Shown piece by piece: positions 1 through 9,867 of a stretch of DNA of 64,000 bases. Position 1 is the first letter of the stretch, and the number at the start of each line of letters is the position of its first letter. Below the pieces are notes generated by a model. The model ran no database searches. It was not told the DNA's origin and saw only the letters and a program-made list of their open reading frames with translations. The DNA is from Dehalococcoidia bacterium (GTDB lineage: Bacteria; Chloroflexota; Dehalococcoidia; Plut-88900), in assembly GCA_965197585.1 (NCBI GenBank), contig OZ240215.1:3136001-3200000 (forward strand). Direction: 5' to 3'. A program made the translations under genes and the position numbers.

Positions 1-32
1 AGGCCGAGCCCGACACCCTGCGTTAGAGCGTC

Positions 33-1340
33 ATGGCCATTCCCCACACCCTGCAATGGGAGATCGACCGGATTCCCCGCAACCGTAAGGTAACTCACGG
101 GCAGGGTGTCAAAGGATACGCCGTGGATGGCCTCGAGCCGGAGGCGGTCGTCTTTCCCAACACCCTTGAGGAGATGAGCAGTCTCCTATCGGCGGCGAAT
201 CGGGATGGGAAGGCGGTCGTGCCCTGGGGCGGGGGCACGGCGATGGGGCTGGGTAACCGGGCACTTGGCTGCGATCTCGTTATCAACACCTCAAGGCTGA
301 ACCGGGTCCTGGATTACGAGCCCTCAGACCTCACGGCGGTAGTAGAAGCGGGGATAACCCTTGCGTCTTTGCAGGAAGAGTTGGGGGAAAATGGCCAGTT
401 GTTGCCCCTCGACCCGCCCCTGCCGAACAGAGCGACCATCGGAGGAATCCTTTCTGCCAATTCCAGTGGTCCGATTAGGGCACAATTCGGCGCGATCAGG
501 GACAGGCTGATCGGCATAAAAGTCGTGAACCCGAACGGCGACGTGACCAAGGGCGGCGGCAAGGTGGTCAAGAACGTCTCGGGGTACGACATGAACAAGC
601 TGTACACCGGGGCGTTGGGCACTCTCGGCATCATCGTGGAGGCGGCTTTCAAGCTGGCCCCGCTGTTCAAGGAAACCTGCACCCAAGTCGTTACGTGCAA
701 GACCCCCCTGGAGGCCGGAGCCTTTGTGAAAGGTCTGCGCGAAGCCGGTGTAACCCCCGTGGCCCTTCAGCTAATCGGTGGGGAGGGGGTGGGGGTCTCG
801 GACGGATACTCGGTGGTGCTGCAGATAGGCGGGATGAGGGAGGCGGTTGAGCGACAGGCCCGGAGCGTCGTCGAGCTATGCGATTCGAACGGCTGGGGAG
901 TGACCCGGAAGGACGCCGAGGGGGCAGCAGAAGTGTGGCAAAGAGTGCGGGATGCGGGCCGACGACCCGATTCCCCCGCCACAATGATCATCAAGGCCAC
1001 CTGCCTGCCATCCGACGCCGTAACCCTGGTGGGCCGCATTCAACGCATTTCCCGCGAGGACTGGGCCGTTTCCTGTAACATGTTCAACGGAGTCGTTTAC
1101 GGGTACTGGTGGGACGAGGGCGTCTCTATTGATGACCTGGAGACCCGGGTGAAGAGAGTGCGGGAGATAACCGGGGTGCTGAACGGCCATTGCGTGATAG
1201 AGGTCTGCCCCGCACAATTGAAGGAACGTATCGACGTGTGGGGACTGGACGGTCCCGAGGTTGGCCTGATGAAGCGGATCAAAGAGCAGTTTGACCCGAA
1301 TGGGACCCTGAACCCTGGCAGGTTCGTGAAGGGAATATAG
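33..1340 (+). CDS. glcE: FAD-binding oxidoreductase, glycolate oxidase GlcE-like subunit
   Basis: PWGGGT, ATIGG, GGKVVKNVSGYDM and FDPxxxLNPG motifs; directly upstream of a GlcF-type gene. Confidence 0.85.
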   Translation: MAIPHTLQWEIDRIPRNRKVTHGQGVKGYAVDGLEPEAVVFPNTLEEMSSLLSAANRDGKAVVPWGGGTAMGLGNRALGCDLVINTSRLNRVLDYEPSDLTAVVEAGITLASLQEELGENGQLLPLDPPLPNRATIGGILSANSSGPIRAQFGAIRDRLIGIKVVNPNGDVTKGGGKVVKNVSGYDMNKLYTGALGTLGIIVEAAFKLAPLFKETCTQVVTCKTPLEAGAFVKGLREAGVTPVALQLIGGEGVGVSDGYSVVLQIGGMREAVERQARSVVELCDSNGWGVTRKDAEGAAEVWQRVRDAGRRPDSPATMIIKATCLPSDAVTLVGRIQRISREDWAVSCNMFNGVVYGYWWDEGVSIDDLETRVKRVREITGVLNGHCVIEVCPAQLKERIDVWGLDGPEVGLMKRIKEQFDPNGTLNPGRFVKGI

Positions 1341-1344
1341 GACT

Positions 1345-2667
1345 TTGGTGAGGGCAGATCAATCGGTAATTGACCTCCTTGACCTGTCGGTCGGCGGAGT
1401 AACGGCGGAGGAGCTTTACCGCTGCGTTCACTGCGGCCTGTGCCTGAACCAATGCCCCACTTACCTCGAGCTCGGCCTGGAAACGGAGTCGCCAAGGGGC
1501 AGGCTTGCCCTTATGAAAGCAGTGGCGGAGGGTCGATTCGGGTACACGGACAAGCTGGTGGAGCACATGGACTTATGCCTGCTGTGCCGCGCCTGCGAGG
1601 CCGCGTGCCCTTCCGGGGTGCCCTTCGGGAGCCTGATGACCGAGACCCGGGCCCGAATCCAGGAACAGACCCCCCAGCCCTTCATCGAAAGAACTGTAAA
1701 GAACTTCGTCTTCAGGCAAATGTTTCCTCATAAGCGCAGACTCGGCTTGGCCTTTCAGATGCTGGCGCTCTATCAGGCATCGGGAGTGCAATGGCTGGTA
1801 CGGAAATCACGGATACTGTCGCTGCTGCCCTCCCGCCTCTCACAGATGGAATCTATGATGCCGAAGCTGGCCTTAAGTCCGTATCCCCGTGGACGAGCGA
1901 AGAGCGTGCCCGCCGAAGGAGAACAGAAGCAAAGAGTTGCGCTGTTCTCTGGGTGCATAATGCCCCTGGTGTTCGGGCCCGTGAACCGGGCCACGGTGAA
2001 CGTTCTCTCCAAAAACGGGTGTATGGTCGACATACCGGGTGCTCAGGGCTGCTGCGGCGCTTTGAACGTACATAGCGGCGAGCGGAAGGCGGCGCGGGAG
2101 ATGGCCCGAAAGAACATCGACGCCTTTGAAAGCGCCGACACCGTAGTCGTCAATGCAGCGGGGTGCGGGGCCATGCTGAAGGAGTACGATGAGCTCCTGG
2201 AGCACGATGCTCGGTACTACGAGAAAGCCAGGGCCTTTACATCAAAGGTCAAGGACGTCAACGAGTTCCTTGCCGCCCTCCCCCTCGTCCCCCCCAAGAC
2301 GGGTTTCAAGAAGCGGGTCACCTACCAGGACTCGTGCCATCTGGTCCACGCTCAGAGAATAAAGGAGGCGCCGCGCAAGCTGCTGTCTTCGATTCCCGGC
2401 GTGGAGTTTGCTGAGATGCGCAACTCCGACAAGTGCTGCGGAGCGGCGGGCATCTACAACATCGTCAACCCGGATCTCTCCATGCAGATTCTGGACAGCA
2501 AGATGCGGGATGTGATGGAAGTAGACGCTGACTTCGTTACCACGGCAAACCCCGGTTGCATGTTGCAGCTTGACCTGGGGTTGCGAAAGAACGGCCAGAC
2601 GACGCGGTCTTACCACGTGGTTGAACTTCTGGACCAGGCTTACCGGCAGGAAGAGAAGTCGGGCTAG
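1345..2667 (+). CDS. glcF: glycolate oxidase iron-sulfur subunit
   Basis: Two 4Fe-4S motifs (CVHCGLCLNQCP, CLLCRACEAACP) plus two CCG domains (CCGA, SCH, ANPGC). Confidence 0.9.
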   Translation: MVRADQSVIDLLDLSVGGVTAEELYRCVHCGLCLNQCPTYLELGLETESPRGRLALMKAVAEGRFGYTDKLVEHMDLCLLCRACEAACPSGVPFGSLMTETRARIQEQTPQPFIERTVKNFVFRQMFPHKRRLGLAFQMLALYQASGVQWLVRKSRILSLLPSRLSQMESMMPKLALSPYPRGRAKSVPAEGEQKQRVALFSGCIMPLVFGPVNRATVNVLSKNGCMVDIPGAQGCCGALNVHSGERKAAREMARKNIDAFESADTVVVNAAGCGAMLKEYDELLEHDARYYEKARAFTSKVKDVNEFLAALPLVPPKTGFKKRVTYQDSCHLVHAQRIKEAPRKLLSSIPGVEFAEMRNSDKCCGAAGIYNIVNPDLSMQILDSKMRDVMEVDADFVTTANPGCMLQLDLGLRKNGQTTRSYHVVELLDQAYRQEEKSG

Positions 2668-3833
2668 GACGCCCCAGCGTACACCCGACTCGCCGCCCCC
2701 ACTCCTGCCGAGGCCGCAACCTCGTAGCCCAAGCCGTTTAGCACCCGTCCCAGGGCCGAGAGTACTAAGAGCACGTTCGTTTCCTGCGACGAATAACCCA
2801 TCAGCCCGACCCTTACCACTTTCCCCGCGAACGGCCCGAGTCCGCCCCCTGTCTCAATGTTGTGTTCCTTCAGCAGGGCCATGCGCACGGCGTTGGCGTC
2901 CACCCCATCGGGCATGCGGATGCCGTTCACGGTGTTGGAGTGCACTTCTTCGTCGGCCACTATGGAGAGGCCCATTGCATCAACCCCGGCTCGGAGGGCG
3001 TCGGCGTTCAACTGGTGCCGGGCAAAGCTGTTGTCCAGACCTTCTTCAACGAGGATTCGGAGGGACTCGCGTAGGGCATAAATCATCGATACCGGCGCGG
3101 TGTGATGGTATTTCCGACCGCTGATCCAGTATTCGTCCAGCATGGACAGGTCAAGATACCAGCTTCTGCAAGGAGTCTTGCGAGACTTCATGGCTTCGAC
3201 AGCGCGGGCGCTCATGGTGATGGGCGCGAGCCCCGGCGGGCAGCTGAGAGACTTCTGGCTGCCGCTGTAGCAGATGTCGATTCCCAGTTCGTCGACCGGG
3301 AGGCGCTGTCCGCCTAGGGAGGCTACGCTGTCGACTAGGAACATGGCCCCGTGGGCCCGAGCCAACTGCCCGATCTCCTCCAGTGGCTGCAATACGCCCG
3401 TGGACGTTTCGCAATGTACTAGCGCCACGACCTTCGTGTCGGGGTTGGCAGACAAGGCCTCTTCGACGGCAGCGGCCGAGACGGCCTTACCCCACTCAGC
3501 CTCGACGGGGACTACATTGGCTTCGCAGCGCTGCGCGATCTCGACGATTCGGGAAGCAAAGAACCCTGCCACCCCCACCACCACGGTATCGCCCGGCTCT
3601 AGCGAGTTATATAAGGCGGCTTCCATCCCGGCAGACCCGGTACCCGATATGGGAAGCGTCAGGCCGTTTCCCGTCTGGAAGACTTCCCGCAGAAGCTCTA
3701 CGGTTTCGTCCATGATCGCCCAGAAGTCGGGGTCCATGTGTGAGAGCACGGGCCCCGACATCGCGGAGTAGACGCGGGGATGTACGTTGCTTGGGCCGGG
3801 GCCGAGGAGGGTCTTGGGAGTCGGTTCGGTCAT
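2664..3833 (-). CDS. alanine-glyoxylate/serine-pyruvate aminotransferase (class V PLP)
   Basis: LLGPGPSN, HCETSTG, DSVAS, SGSQK (PLP lysine), YHHTAP. Confidence 0.9.
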   Translation of the reverse strand: MTEPTPKTLLGPGPSNVHPRVYSAMSGPVLSHMDPDFWAIMDETVELLREVFQTGNGLTLPISGTGSAGMEAALYNSLEPGDTVVVGVAGFFASRIVEIAQRCEANVVPVEAEWGKAVSAAAVEEALSANPDTKVVALVHCETSTGVLQPLEEIGQLARAHGAMFLVDSVASLGGQRLPVDELGIDICYSGSQKSLSCPPGLAPITMSARAVEAMKSRKTPCRSWYLDLSMLDEYWISGRKYHHTAPVSMIYALRESLRILVEEGLDNSFARHQLNADALRAGVDAMGLSIVADEEVHSNTVNGIRMPDGVDANAVRMALLKEHNIETGGGLGPFAGKVVRVGLMGYSSQETNVLLVLSALGRVLNGLGYEVAASAGVGAASRVYAGAS

Positions 3834-4046
3834 GATGGTGTCCTTCTATGGCGAGATATGCGCCCGTAGTGTAGCGGTGGCTAATGGGAGCGTCAATTTC
3901 GTCCTGCAAAGACATATGGAATTGCGCTATGCTAGTGTCATTAAGTCCTTAGGACATTTGGTGTTATCTGATACGGGGTGCTTAAGTGAGATCCAATCAA
4001 TGCCAAGGACCCAGATGACATCTGAATGTGATGGGATGGAGGTAGC

Positions 4047-4748
4047 ATGTCCCAAGTGACTGATGCCGATAATACTTTCAACAGCTGGCGTACTGAATCA
4101 ATGTACAGCTTTGCTGAAGCTGCGCGCTTGGCAAACGTCTCCGTGACCACGGTCAAGAACTGGCTATTCGGATACACAGTTCAAGGCCGAGCAGTTCCTC
4201 CGCTGTTTTCGTCTAGTCAAAACGGTATGGTCTCTTTTCTCCAGATGATTGAAATAATGGTGGCAGGACGGTTTCGTAAGAGTGTACTGGGAAAACCAAT
4301 ACCGTTCAGCAAGGTGCGTGAGGCATATGTTAACGCACAGGAGTCATGGGATTTGGAGTACCCGTTCGCTCACTTGAAACTGGAAGCGCTAGGCGGTCAC
4401 ATTGTTCATTTCTTGAAAGAAGGGGGGCTTGTTGGAAGCTATCGAGCCCTGGATACCGTAGACCAATGGACATTGCCGGGGCTGCTCAGGCGCGAAACGA
4501 CTGATCAAATTGAGTATCAGAACGACTTGGCGGCCCGTTGGTTCCCAATTGGCAAGCAGGTACCAATTGTCGTTGACCCTAGGGTAAGCACGGGACTCCC
4601 GGTTATTGAGGGGCGCGGAGTGACAGTGCAGGCAATCCGCAAGCGATTCAAATCTGGGTTGCGGATTGATTTCATCGCGAAGGACTTCGATCTCAACCCT
4701 GACCTCGTTGAGACTGCCCTACAATACTGCGAGATGGTCGCTGCTTGA
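4047..4748 (+). CDS. HTH + DUF433 antitoxin (VapB45-like)
   Basis: N-terminal HTH (YSFAEAARLANVSVTTVKNW), C-terminal IVVDPRVSTGLPVIEG DUF433 pattern; overlaps next gene. Confidence 0.75.
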   Translation: MSQVTDADNTFNSWRTESMYSFAEAARLANVSVTTVKNWLFGYTVQGRAVPPLFSSSQNGMVSFLQMIEIMVAGRFRKSVLGKPIPFSKVREAYVNAQESWDLEYPFAHLKLEALGGHIVHFLKEGGLVGSYRALDTVDQWTLPGLLRRETTDQIEYQNDLAARWFPIGKQVPIVVDPRVSTGLPVIEGRGVTVQAIRKRFKSGLRIDFIAKDFDLNPDLVETALQYCEMVAA

Positions 4749-5134
4749 TCCTGCTCTGCGACGAAGATATAGGAACTGGCGTTCCGCGTGCCCTCACCGC
4801 AGTTGGATACGATGCTCGTTCTCTAATGGGCATGTCGTGGGGAGGGCGTCCAGATCAATTCTGGCTCACGAAAGCAGGTCAACTAGAGTGGCTCGTTCTT
4901 AGTTGCAATAAGAAGATGCTCAAGGTGGCGGAAGAGAAAGACACCCTTATCCGGGAACATGTTGGGATTGTGTTTTTGACTTCTGGAGAAGAGCATCCGC
5001 CGACAGTCCTCTTACAACTACTAAAGAAGTGGTCAGATCTAGAGTTGCTCTGGAACACTACTACTAGGCCATTTGCTCGTTTTCTCTCTCCAAACAACCG
5101 TCTTTCGGACAGATTTCGGGACTTTCGCTTGTAA
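4745..5134 (+). CDS. PIN-like toxin (VapC45/DUF5615-like)
   Basis: LLCDEDI N-terminus, D-x-x-W-L, VLSCNK; coupled to DUF433 gene. Confidence 0.7.
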   Translation: MILLCDEDIGTGVPRALTAVGYDARSLMGMSWGGRPDQFWLTKAGQLEWLVLSCNKKMLKVAEEKDTLIREHVGIVFLTSGEEHPPTVLLQLLKKWSDLELLWNTTTRPFARFLSPNNRLSDRFRDFRL

Positions 5135-5200
5135 ACATAGGGTGTGTAGACTGCACCCGTACGAGTTGCTTAGACGGTTTTTGTTCGAAGCCTAGGCAAA

Positions 5201-5854
5201 TTACCCTAACAACGAGAAATCGAAGTCCGACAGAGACTCGATCCTTCTGTCGGCCAGCGAGAGGTCCAGGTCCCGAGTCAGGTCGGTGAGCACCGCCACC
5301 ACCGTCATCCCTGCCGCCTTCCCAGCCTGAATCCCGTGGGGCGAGTCCTCGAACACAAGACACCGCGAAGGCTCAGCCCTGAGCTCGCCCGCCGCCTTGA
5401 GAAAAATCTCGGGGGCGGGCTTTCCGTTGGTAACCATGTCGCCCGAGACTACGACGCTGAACCTGTCCTTGACGTCGAGAGTCGTCAGCACGGCGTCGAC
5501 CCAGTTGGCCTGGGATGAAGAGGCGAGACCTATGGGAAGGCCGCGGGTCTTGAGGGAGTCGAGGAGGTCATAGAGCCCCGGAGACGGCTCGACGTTTTCT
5601 TTGAGGTTCTTCAGGATTATCCGGTCATATACGCCAATCCATTCTTCAAGTTCCCCGTCGAGCCCGAAGCGGTCCTTGAGCCACTGCCAGGTGTGCGTGA
5701 CCGTGGTGCCCAGGATGATGCGGTTGTCCTCGTCGGTCAGGGAGTGCCCGTGTGCCTGCAGCACCTGGTTCATGGAGAGGTGATAGAGGGGCTCGCTGTC
5801 TGCCAGTACGCCGTCCATGTCGAATATGACGGCCTCGATGGTTTGGGTCGGCAT
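5201..5854 (-). CDS. HAD family phosphatase (beta-PGM/CbbY-like)
   Basis: DMDGVLADS, KPAPEIF, FEDS motifs. Confidence 0.9.
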   Translation of the reverse strand: MPTQTIEAVIFDMDGVLADSEPLYHLSMNQVLQAHGHSLTDEDNRIILGTTVTHTWQWLKDRFGLDGELEEWIGVYDRIILKNLKENVEPSPGLYDLLDSLKTRGLPIGLASSSQANWVDAVLTTLDVKDRFSVVVSGDMVTNGKPAPEIFLKAAGELRAEPSRCLVFEDSPHGIQAGKAAGMTVVAVLTDLTRDLDLSLADRRIESLSDFDFSLLG

Positions 5855-5968
5855 GGCGGCTTATTCTATCACTTGGCGCAGGCCCCGTGGCTCGATTGAC
5901 AGCCCAAATCCGACTCTCTAATGTAGTCGTCAGCCCATCCAAGAAAGTCCGGACCCTCTACTACATCA

Positions 5969-6805
5969 ATGTTTCCCATATCAGACCGCGATCACCCCCG
6001 ACACGGCATCCCCGTAGTAAACGTGGCCATCATGGCCGTGTGCATCCTCGTCTTCCTTTATCAAATCCTGTTGCTGGACGACTTCGGGCTGTCTCGTTTC
6101 TACAACAACTATGGCGTTCTTCCATACGAGCTCACGGGACATGGAGACTTGGGGCAGCAGGTGACGGCGCTGTTGGAGGAGGGGGACCGGTCGGTGCTGG
6201 ACGTGGAGGGAGTGTCGGGGACGTTGGCCCGGCACGCGTTGAGGGTCGGTAATGACGGTACGGTGCAGTTCACGGACATTCGCAACGTCTACGATGGCGG
6301 CCCCGGCCCCTGGGCAACCCTTTTCACCTCCATGTTCATGCACGGCGGCTGGATGCACCTTATAGGGAACATGCTCTTCCTCTGGGTGTTTGGAAACAAC
6401 CTGGAGGTCCGGATGGGCCGCGTTAAGTTCCTGGCTTTCTATCTGATAGCGGGGCTGTTTGCATCGGCGGCGCAGGTTGCCATAGACATGGACTCCGCAA
6501 TCCCGACCATCGGGGCCAGCGGAGCGATCGCGGGCGTGTTGGGTGGCTATCTTGTCCTCTTCCCCCACTCCCGAATACAAACGGTGGTCTTCATGATTCT
6601 GATTTCCGTAATAGCGATCCCCGCTTGGATGCTCATTGGGATATGGGTGATCATCCAGTTCTTCAGTGGGTTCATCTCCCTGGGCGGCGAGTTCTCGCAG
6701 GGAGTGGCCTACTGGGCGCACATCGGCGGGTTCGTCGCGGGATTCCTGATACTCACGGGTATGGCGGGAGTCTCGCGGACCAGGGGCTTGTTTACACGGA
6801 TGTGA
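5969..6805 (+). CDS. rhomboid intramembrane serine protease
   Basis: HxxxxHLxGNM, GASG, AYWAHIGG motifs; hydrophobic helices. Confidence 0.92.
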   Translation: MFPISDRDHPRHGIPVVNVAIMAVCILVFLYQILLLDDFGLSRFYNNYGVLPYELTGHGDLGQQVTALLEEGDRSVLDVEGVSGTLARHALRVGNDGTVQFTDIRNVYDGGPGPWATLFTSMFMHGGWMHLIGNMLFLWVFGNNLEVRMGRVKFLAFYLIAGLFASAAQVAIDMDSAIPTIGASGAIAGVLGGYLVLFPHSRIQTVVFMILISVIAIPAWMLIGIWVIIQFFSGFISLGGEFSQGVAYWAHIGGFVAGFLILTGMAGVSRTRGLFTRM

Positions 6806-6940
6806 GGGGACATCGAGATGCTGGCCGGGCAGTGGTTCTTTCCCAGGATCGGCATCTTAGCATCGTTTCCCTTTTGATACTTAGTTGCTAATATGTGGTT
6901 GCTCGTCCAGCCGTTTTGTATTGATCGGAGATGCCGGAAC

Positions 6941-9133
6941 GTGAGATTTGTTGAAACCGCTTTAACCCTTTTGACGATTGCGATACTCATTGGTTGCGGT
7001 GGCACGGCCCCGACCCCCCCACCCGCCACCTCCCCACCCCCGACTGCCACCATAACACCCGTGACCGAAGCTACGATTCGACCCGCGCCCAGCGCGACAC
7101 CTGCTCCTTCCGCTACACCCATACCTGCTCCTACCCCCGAACCCGTGCCCACTTCTACTCCCGCACCCACTTCCACCCCCACCCCTGTGCCAACCCCTAC
7201 GCCATCCCCAACACCCACCCCTTCTCCTACACCAACGCCAACACCCACTCCAACTCCAACGCCGACACCTACGCCCACTCCTACCCCTACCCCGACTCAG
7301 TTCTCTGAGGCGGTCTGGAATGAATTTATAAATGCCCGCTGGCTTGACCAGAACAGACCTGCCCTGGCAAGACAGATCAAGTCATTCCCTTGGGTGGTAG
7401 ACGGTCTTAATTCTACGGAATCGGAAGGGCTCCAGTACTTGCTTTATGCAGCGGCGGCAGATCCTTCCGTAGTGTCATCCCTCGTGAATATGCAATGGAT
7501 ACAGGACGGCGTCAATGAAATAGAGCGTCGAGCGCTTGATGAGCTGCGATACTTCAACTTTAGCGACCTAAGGCTCATATCCTCGGTTGTTGCCTTTGCC
7601 TGGGTGCAGGACGGTATTGAACCCGTTGAAGCTGATGTGATCGATTGGCTAAACGGATTTGGCAGTGGTGATCTTGCACTATCAATTGTCGGACTTGAGT
7701 GGGTGCGAGACGGCATTGAACCCATAGAAGCTGGTGTAATTGACTCGCTGAGATCCTTTACCGATGCGGATGTGGCTTTCCGCATTTTATCCATGCCGTT
7801 CCTTGAAACCCTGGAGCCAGCCGATGCTTCGGCCATGCAATCCCTGGGCCAAATGCAGTCCCATCAAGCAGATAGCTTCCAGCGGGTCCTGTCCCACCCG
7901 ACACTCAGCAACGGCATCACCGATGAGTGGGCGCCGGTTGTCGCGACTCTGTACGGGGTCAGCACTACGAACCCGCAACTGATCGACACCCTCCTTGACC
8001 CCGGCAAGGTAGCCTTGGAGCAGCGTGTCATTGAGCTGCCCCTGGCTGGTAAGATCAGTCTCGCGATCATTCGCACGAGCCCGGGCTCCGAGCAAAGTTT
8101 AGACCTCTTGGAACAAGCCGTTCGCTACAACGAGGAATTTATGGCCGCATCCTTCCCCACCGGATATGTCGGCTGGCTCTTCGCCGATGCCGTAGGCGGT
8201 GGTTTTGGCGGGACCAATTTTGGGACCCATATTGCAAGTGTCTCCACGTACGATGTGTATGACGGCAGCGACAGTAACGAGGCCTATGGTGTCGGACAAC
8301 ACATAGCTCACGAAGTAGCCCACTACTATTGGCGCAGCCACAACTTTTGGGTGCACGAGGGAATTGCCGATTTCATGGGCAGTGTTTCCGAGAACGCCCG
8401 TACCGGCCGGCCGGTGGAGGCTAGACAGTCACCCTGTGGCTATGCCCGAACCATCGCTGAACTGGAGGCCTTGAGCATCACAAGTGAGGCCGGAGTGTAT
8501 AGCCCGTTTCTCTGCAATTACCAACTAGGCGAACGTCTATTCCTAGACCTATATCGGACTCTTGGCGAAGACGGCTTCCGGAAAGGGTTGAGAGAGCTCT
8601 ATCTTCTCTCCCAGGTAGGGAAGGGCACGAAACTTGGGATAGAACATGTCAGGACGGCTTTCAAGGGCCTTGGACAGGACTCCCTCGTCGATACAATAGT
8701 CGCCCGCTGGTACTACGGATCGGAACCGTATGCCCCTCGCGAGGCAACCACCCCACCCAACCCCAATTTCCTTACCATAGACGGGCGATTGGAAACAGCA
8801 TATCTGTCTGTAACCCGTGAAGGACCGTCCATCACCAGCGTCTCCGCCAAGGCCGCAAACGATTGGCTTTGGCTCTTGCTGCGTTGGAACCATAGTGTCG
8901 GCTCAGTCACTGAGGTGTCCCTAAAGATAGTTGGCTACTACGAGGACGGGTTTGAATTCGATCTGCAAACATTGACTCTAACCATGTACCCCTACGAGAA
9001 CAATAGACAATTGTCAGGATGGTATCAGACAGGACTTTCTCCAACTGCACCCTGGCGTGAAGGCCAATACCAGCTCCGCATCTACAACGAGAGCCGATTG
9101 CTCGCACAGTTGGAGTACGAAGTTACCGAATAG
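6941..9133 (+). CDS. lipoprotein with Pro/Thr linker, helical repeats and HExxH zinc-metallopeptidase domain
   Basis: Lipobox LIGC, long PT tract, four WxxDG repeats, HEVAH...EG; GTG start at 6941 preceded by GGAG chosen over 6893. Confidence 0.75.
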   Translation: MRFVETALTLLTIAILIGCGGTAPTPPPATSPPPTATITPVTEATIRPAPSATPAPSATPIPAPTPEPVPTSTPAPTSTPTPVPTPTPSPTPTPSPTPTPTPTPTPTPTPTPTPTPTPTQFSEAVWNEFINARWLDQNRPALARQIKSFPWVVDGLNSTESEGLQYLLYAAAADPSVVSSLVNMQWIQDGVNEIERRALDELRYFNFSDLRLISSVVAFAWVQDGIEPVEADVIDWLNGFGSGDLALSIVGLEWVRDGIEPIEAGVIDSLRSFTDADVAFRILSMPFLETLEPADASAMQSLGQMQSHQADSFQRVLSHPTLSNGITDEWAPVVATLYGVSTTNPQLIDTLLDPGKVALEQRVIELPLAGKISLAIIRTSPGSEQSLDLLEQAVRYNEEFMAASFPTGYVGWLFADAVGGGFGGTNFGTHIASVSTYDVYDGSDSNEAYGVGQHIAHEVAHYYWRSHNFWVHEGIADFMGSVSENARTGRPVEARQSPCGYARTIAELEALSITSEAGVYSPFLCNYQLGERLFLDLYRTLGEDGFRKGLRELYLLSQVGKGTKLGIEHVRTAFKGLGQDSLVDTIVARWYYGSEPYAPREATTPPNPNFLTIDGRLETAYLSVTREGPSITSVSAKAANDWLWLLLRWNHSVGSVTEVSLKIVGYYEDGFEFDLQTLTLTMYPYENNRQLSGWYQTGLSPTAPWREGQYQLRIYNESRLLAQLEYEVTE
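7130..7297 (+). repeat. coding low-complexity (Pro-Thr)n repeat
   Basis: ACN-CCN codon repeats encoding PTPTPT. Confidence 0.9.
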
Positions 9134-9175
9134 CTGCCTATCATCGGCGCTAGGGTAGAAGCCAAGGTCCTGAGA

Positions 9176-9221
9176 CCGACCCGCCTCCGGCTCCAGAAAC
9201 GGGGTGTCCGGGGCGGGAGCG
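9176..9221 (-). repeat. diverged copy of the ftsH 3' end (direct repeat with 9874-9919)
   Basis: 40/46 identical; translates APAPDTPFLEPEAGR versus Fts[16 protein letters not shown]. Confidence 0.85.
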
Positions 9222-9379
9222 TTTGACAGCGTGAAGGGGTTCAAGTACGTTTATTGCCAGTCCCCCCTTTCTCTCCGAGAGGGTCAGGCAGGACGTGTGC
9301 GACCAGTGTTTGAGAGTATGACAACTGCAAAATTATCAGAATCATTCACCTCCGAATCTTCAGTGCCGGGAGTTGCCCC

Positions 9380-9631
9380 GTGATAGCGAGAATACCGCTG
9401 GTACTGGAGCCTCAGCCCGAAGGAGGATACACAGTTACTTCTCCCCTGCTCCCGGAGCTTATTACTGAAGGCGAGACTATCCCGGAATGTTTAGCCAACG
9501 CAGAGGACGCCTTTGCGGTCGTTTTGGAGATCTACGAGGACGAGGGGCGCGCCTTGCCGCCGATTATTCAGGTGGACGAGACCAACGGCTCGCTATCCAT
9601 TGAGGCTGTCATAACCGTTCCCGCGCCGTGA
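9380..9631 (+). CDS. hicB: HicB family antitoxin
   Basis: EGGYTVTSPLLPELITEGETIPE signature. Confidence 0.85.
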   Translation: MIARIPLVLEPQPEGGYTVTSPLLPELITEGETIPECLANAEDAFAVVLEIYEDEGRALPPIIQVDETNGSLSIEAVITVPAP

Positions 9632-9840
9632 GATACCGGGAGGTCACCCGCAAGCTGTCGAGTCTGGGATGCCACGAAGTCCCGACTAGAAGCGGCGGTT
9701 CTCATAGAAGATGGTTCAACCCTGAAACACGAAAAAACGCCCCACTGCCGGACTGGGGAGGACGAGACCTGAAAATGGGAACACTGCGCTCAGCAATTAG
9801 GCAGTTGGGAATCGACTGGCGAGAGTTTCAGGATGCGTAG
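9628..9840 (+). CDS. hicA: HicA family toxin
   Basis: GGSH motif, DLKMGTLRSAIRQLG; overlaps hicB stop. Confidence 0.85.
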   Translation: MRYREVTRKLSSLGCHEVPTRSGGSHRRWFNPETRKNAPLPDWGGRDLKMGTLRSAIRQLGIDWREFQDA

Positions 9841-9867
9841 AACAGAAACGGAGGGATGGGCGGACGC

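Noticed and set aside
1345-2667. Selenoprotein candidates given selC (GlcF, TrxA)
   Set aside because: All expected Cys positions are Cys codons; no in-frame TGA at catalytic sites was seen.
6709-7278. Gly-Val repeat ORF
   Set aside because: Reverse complement of the Pro-Thr linker.
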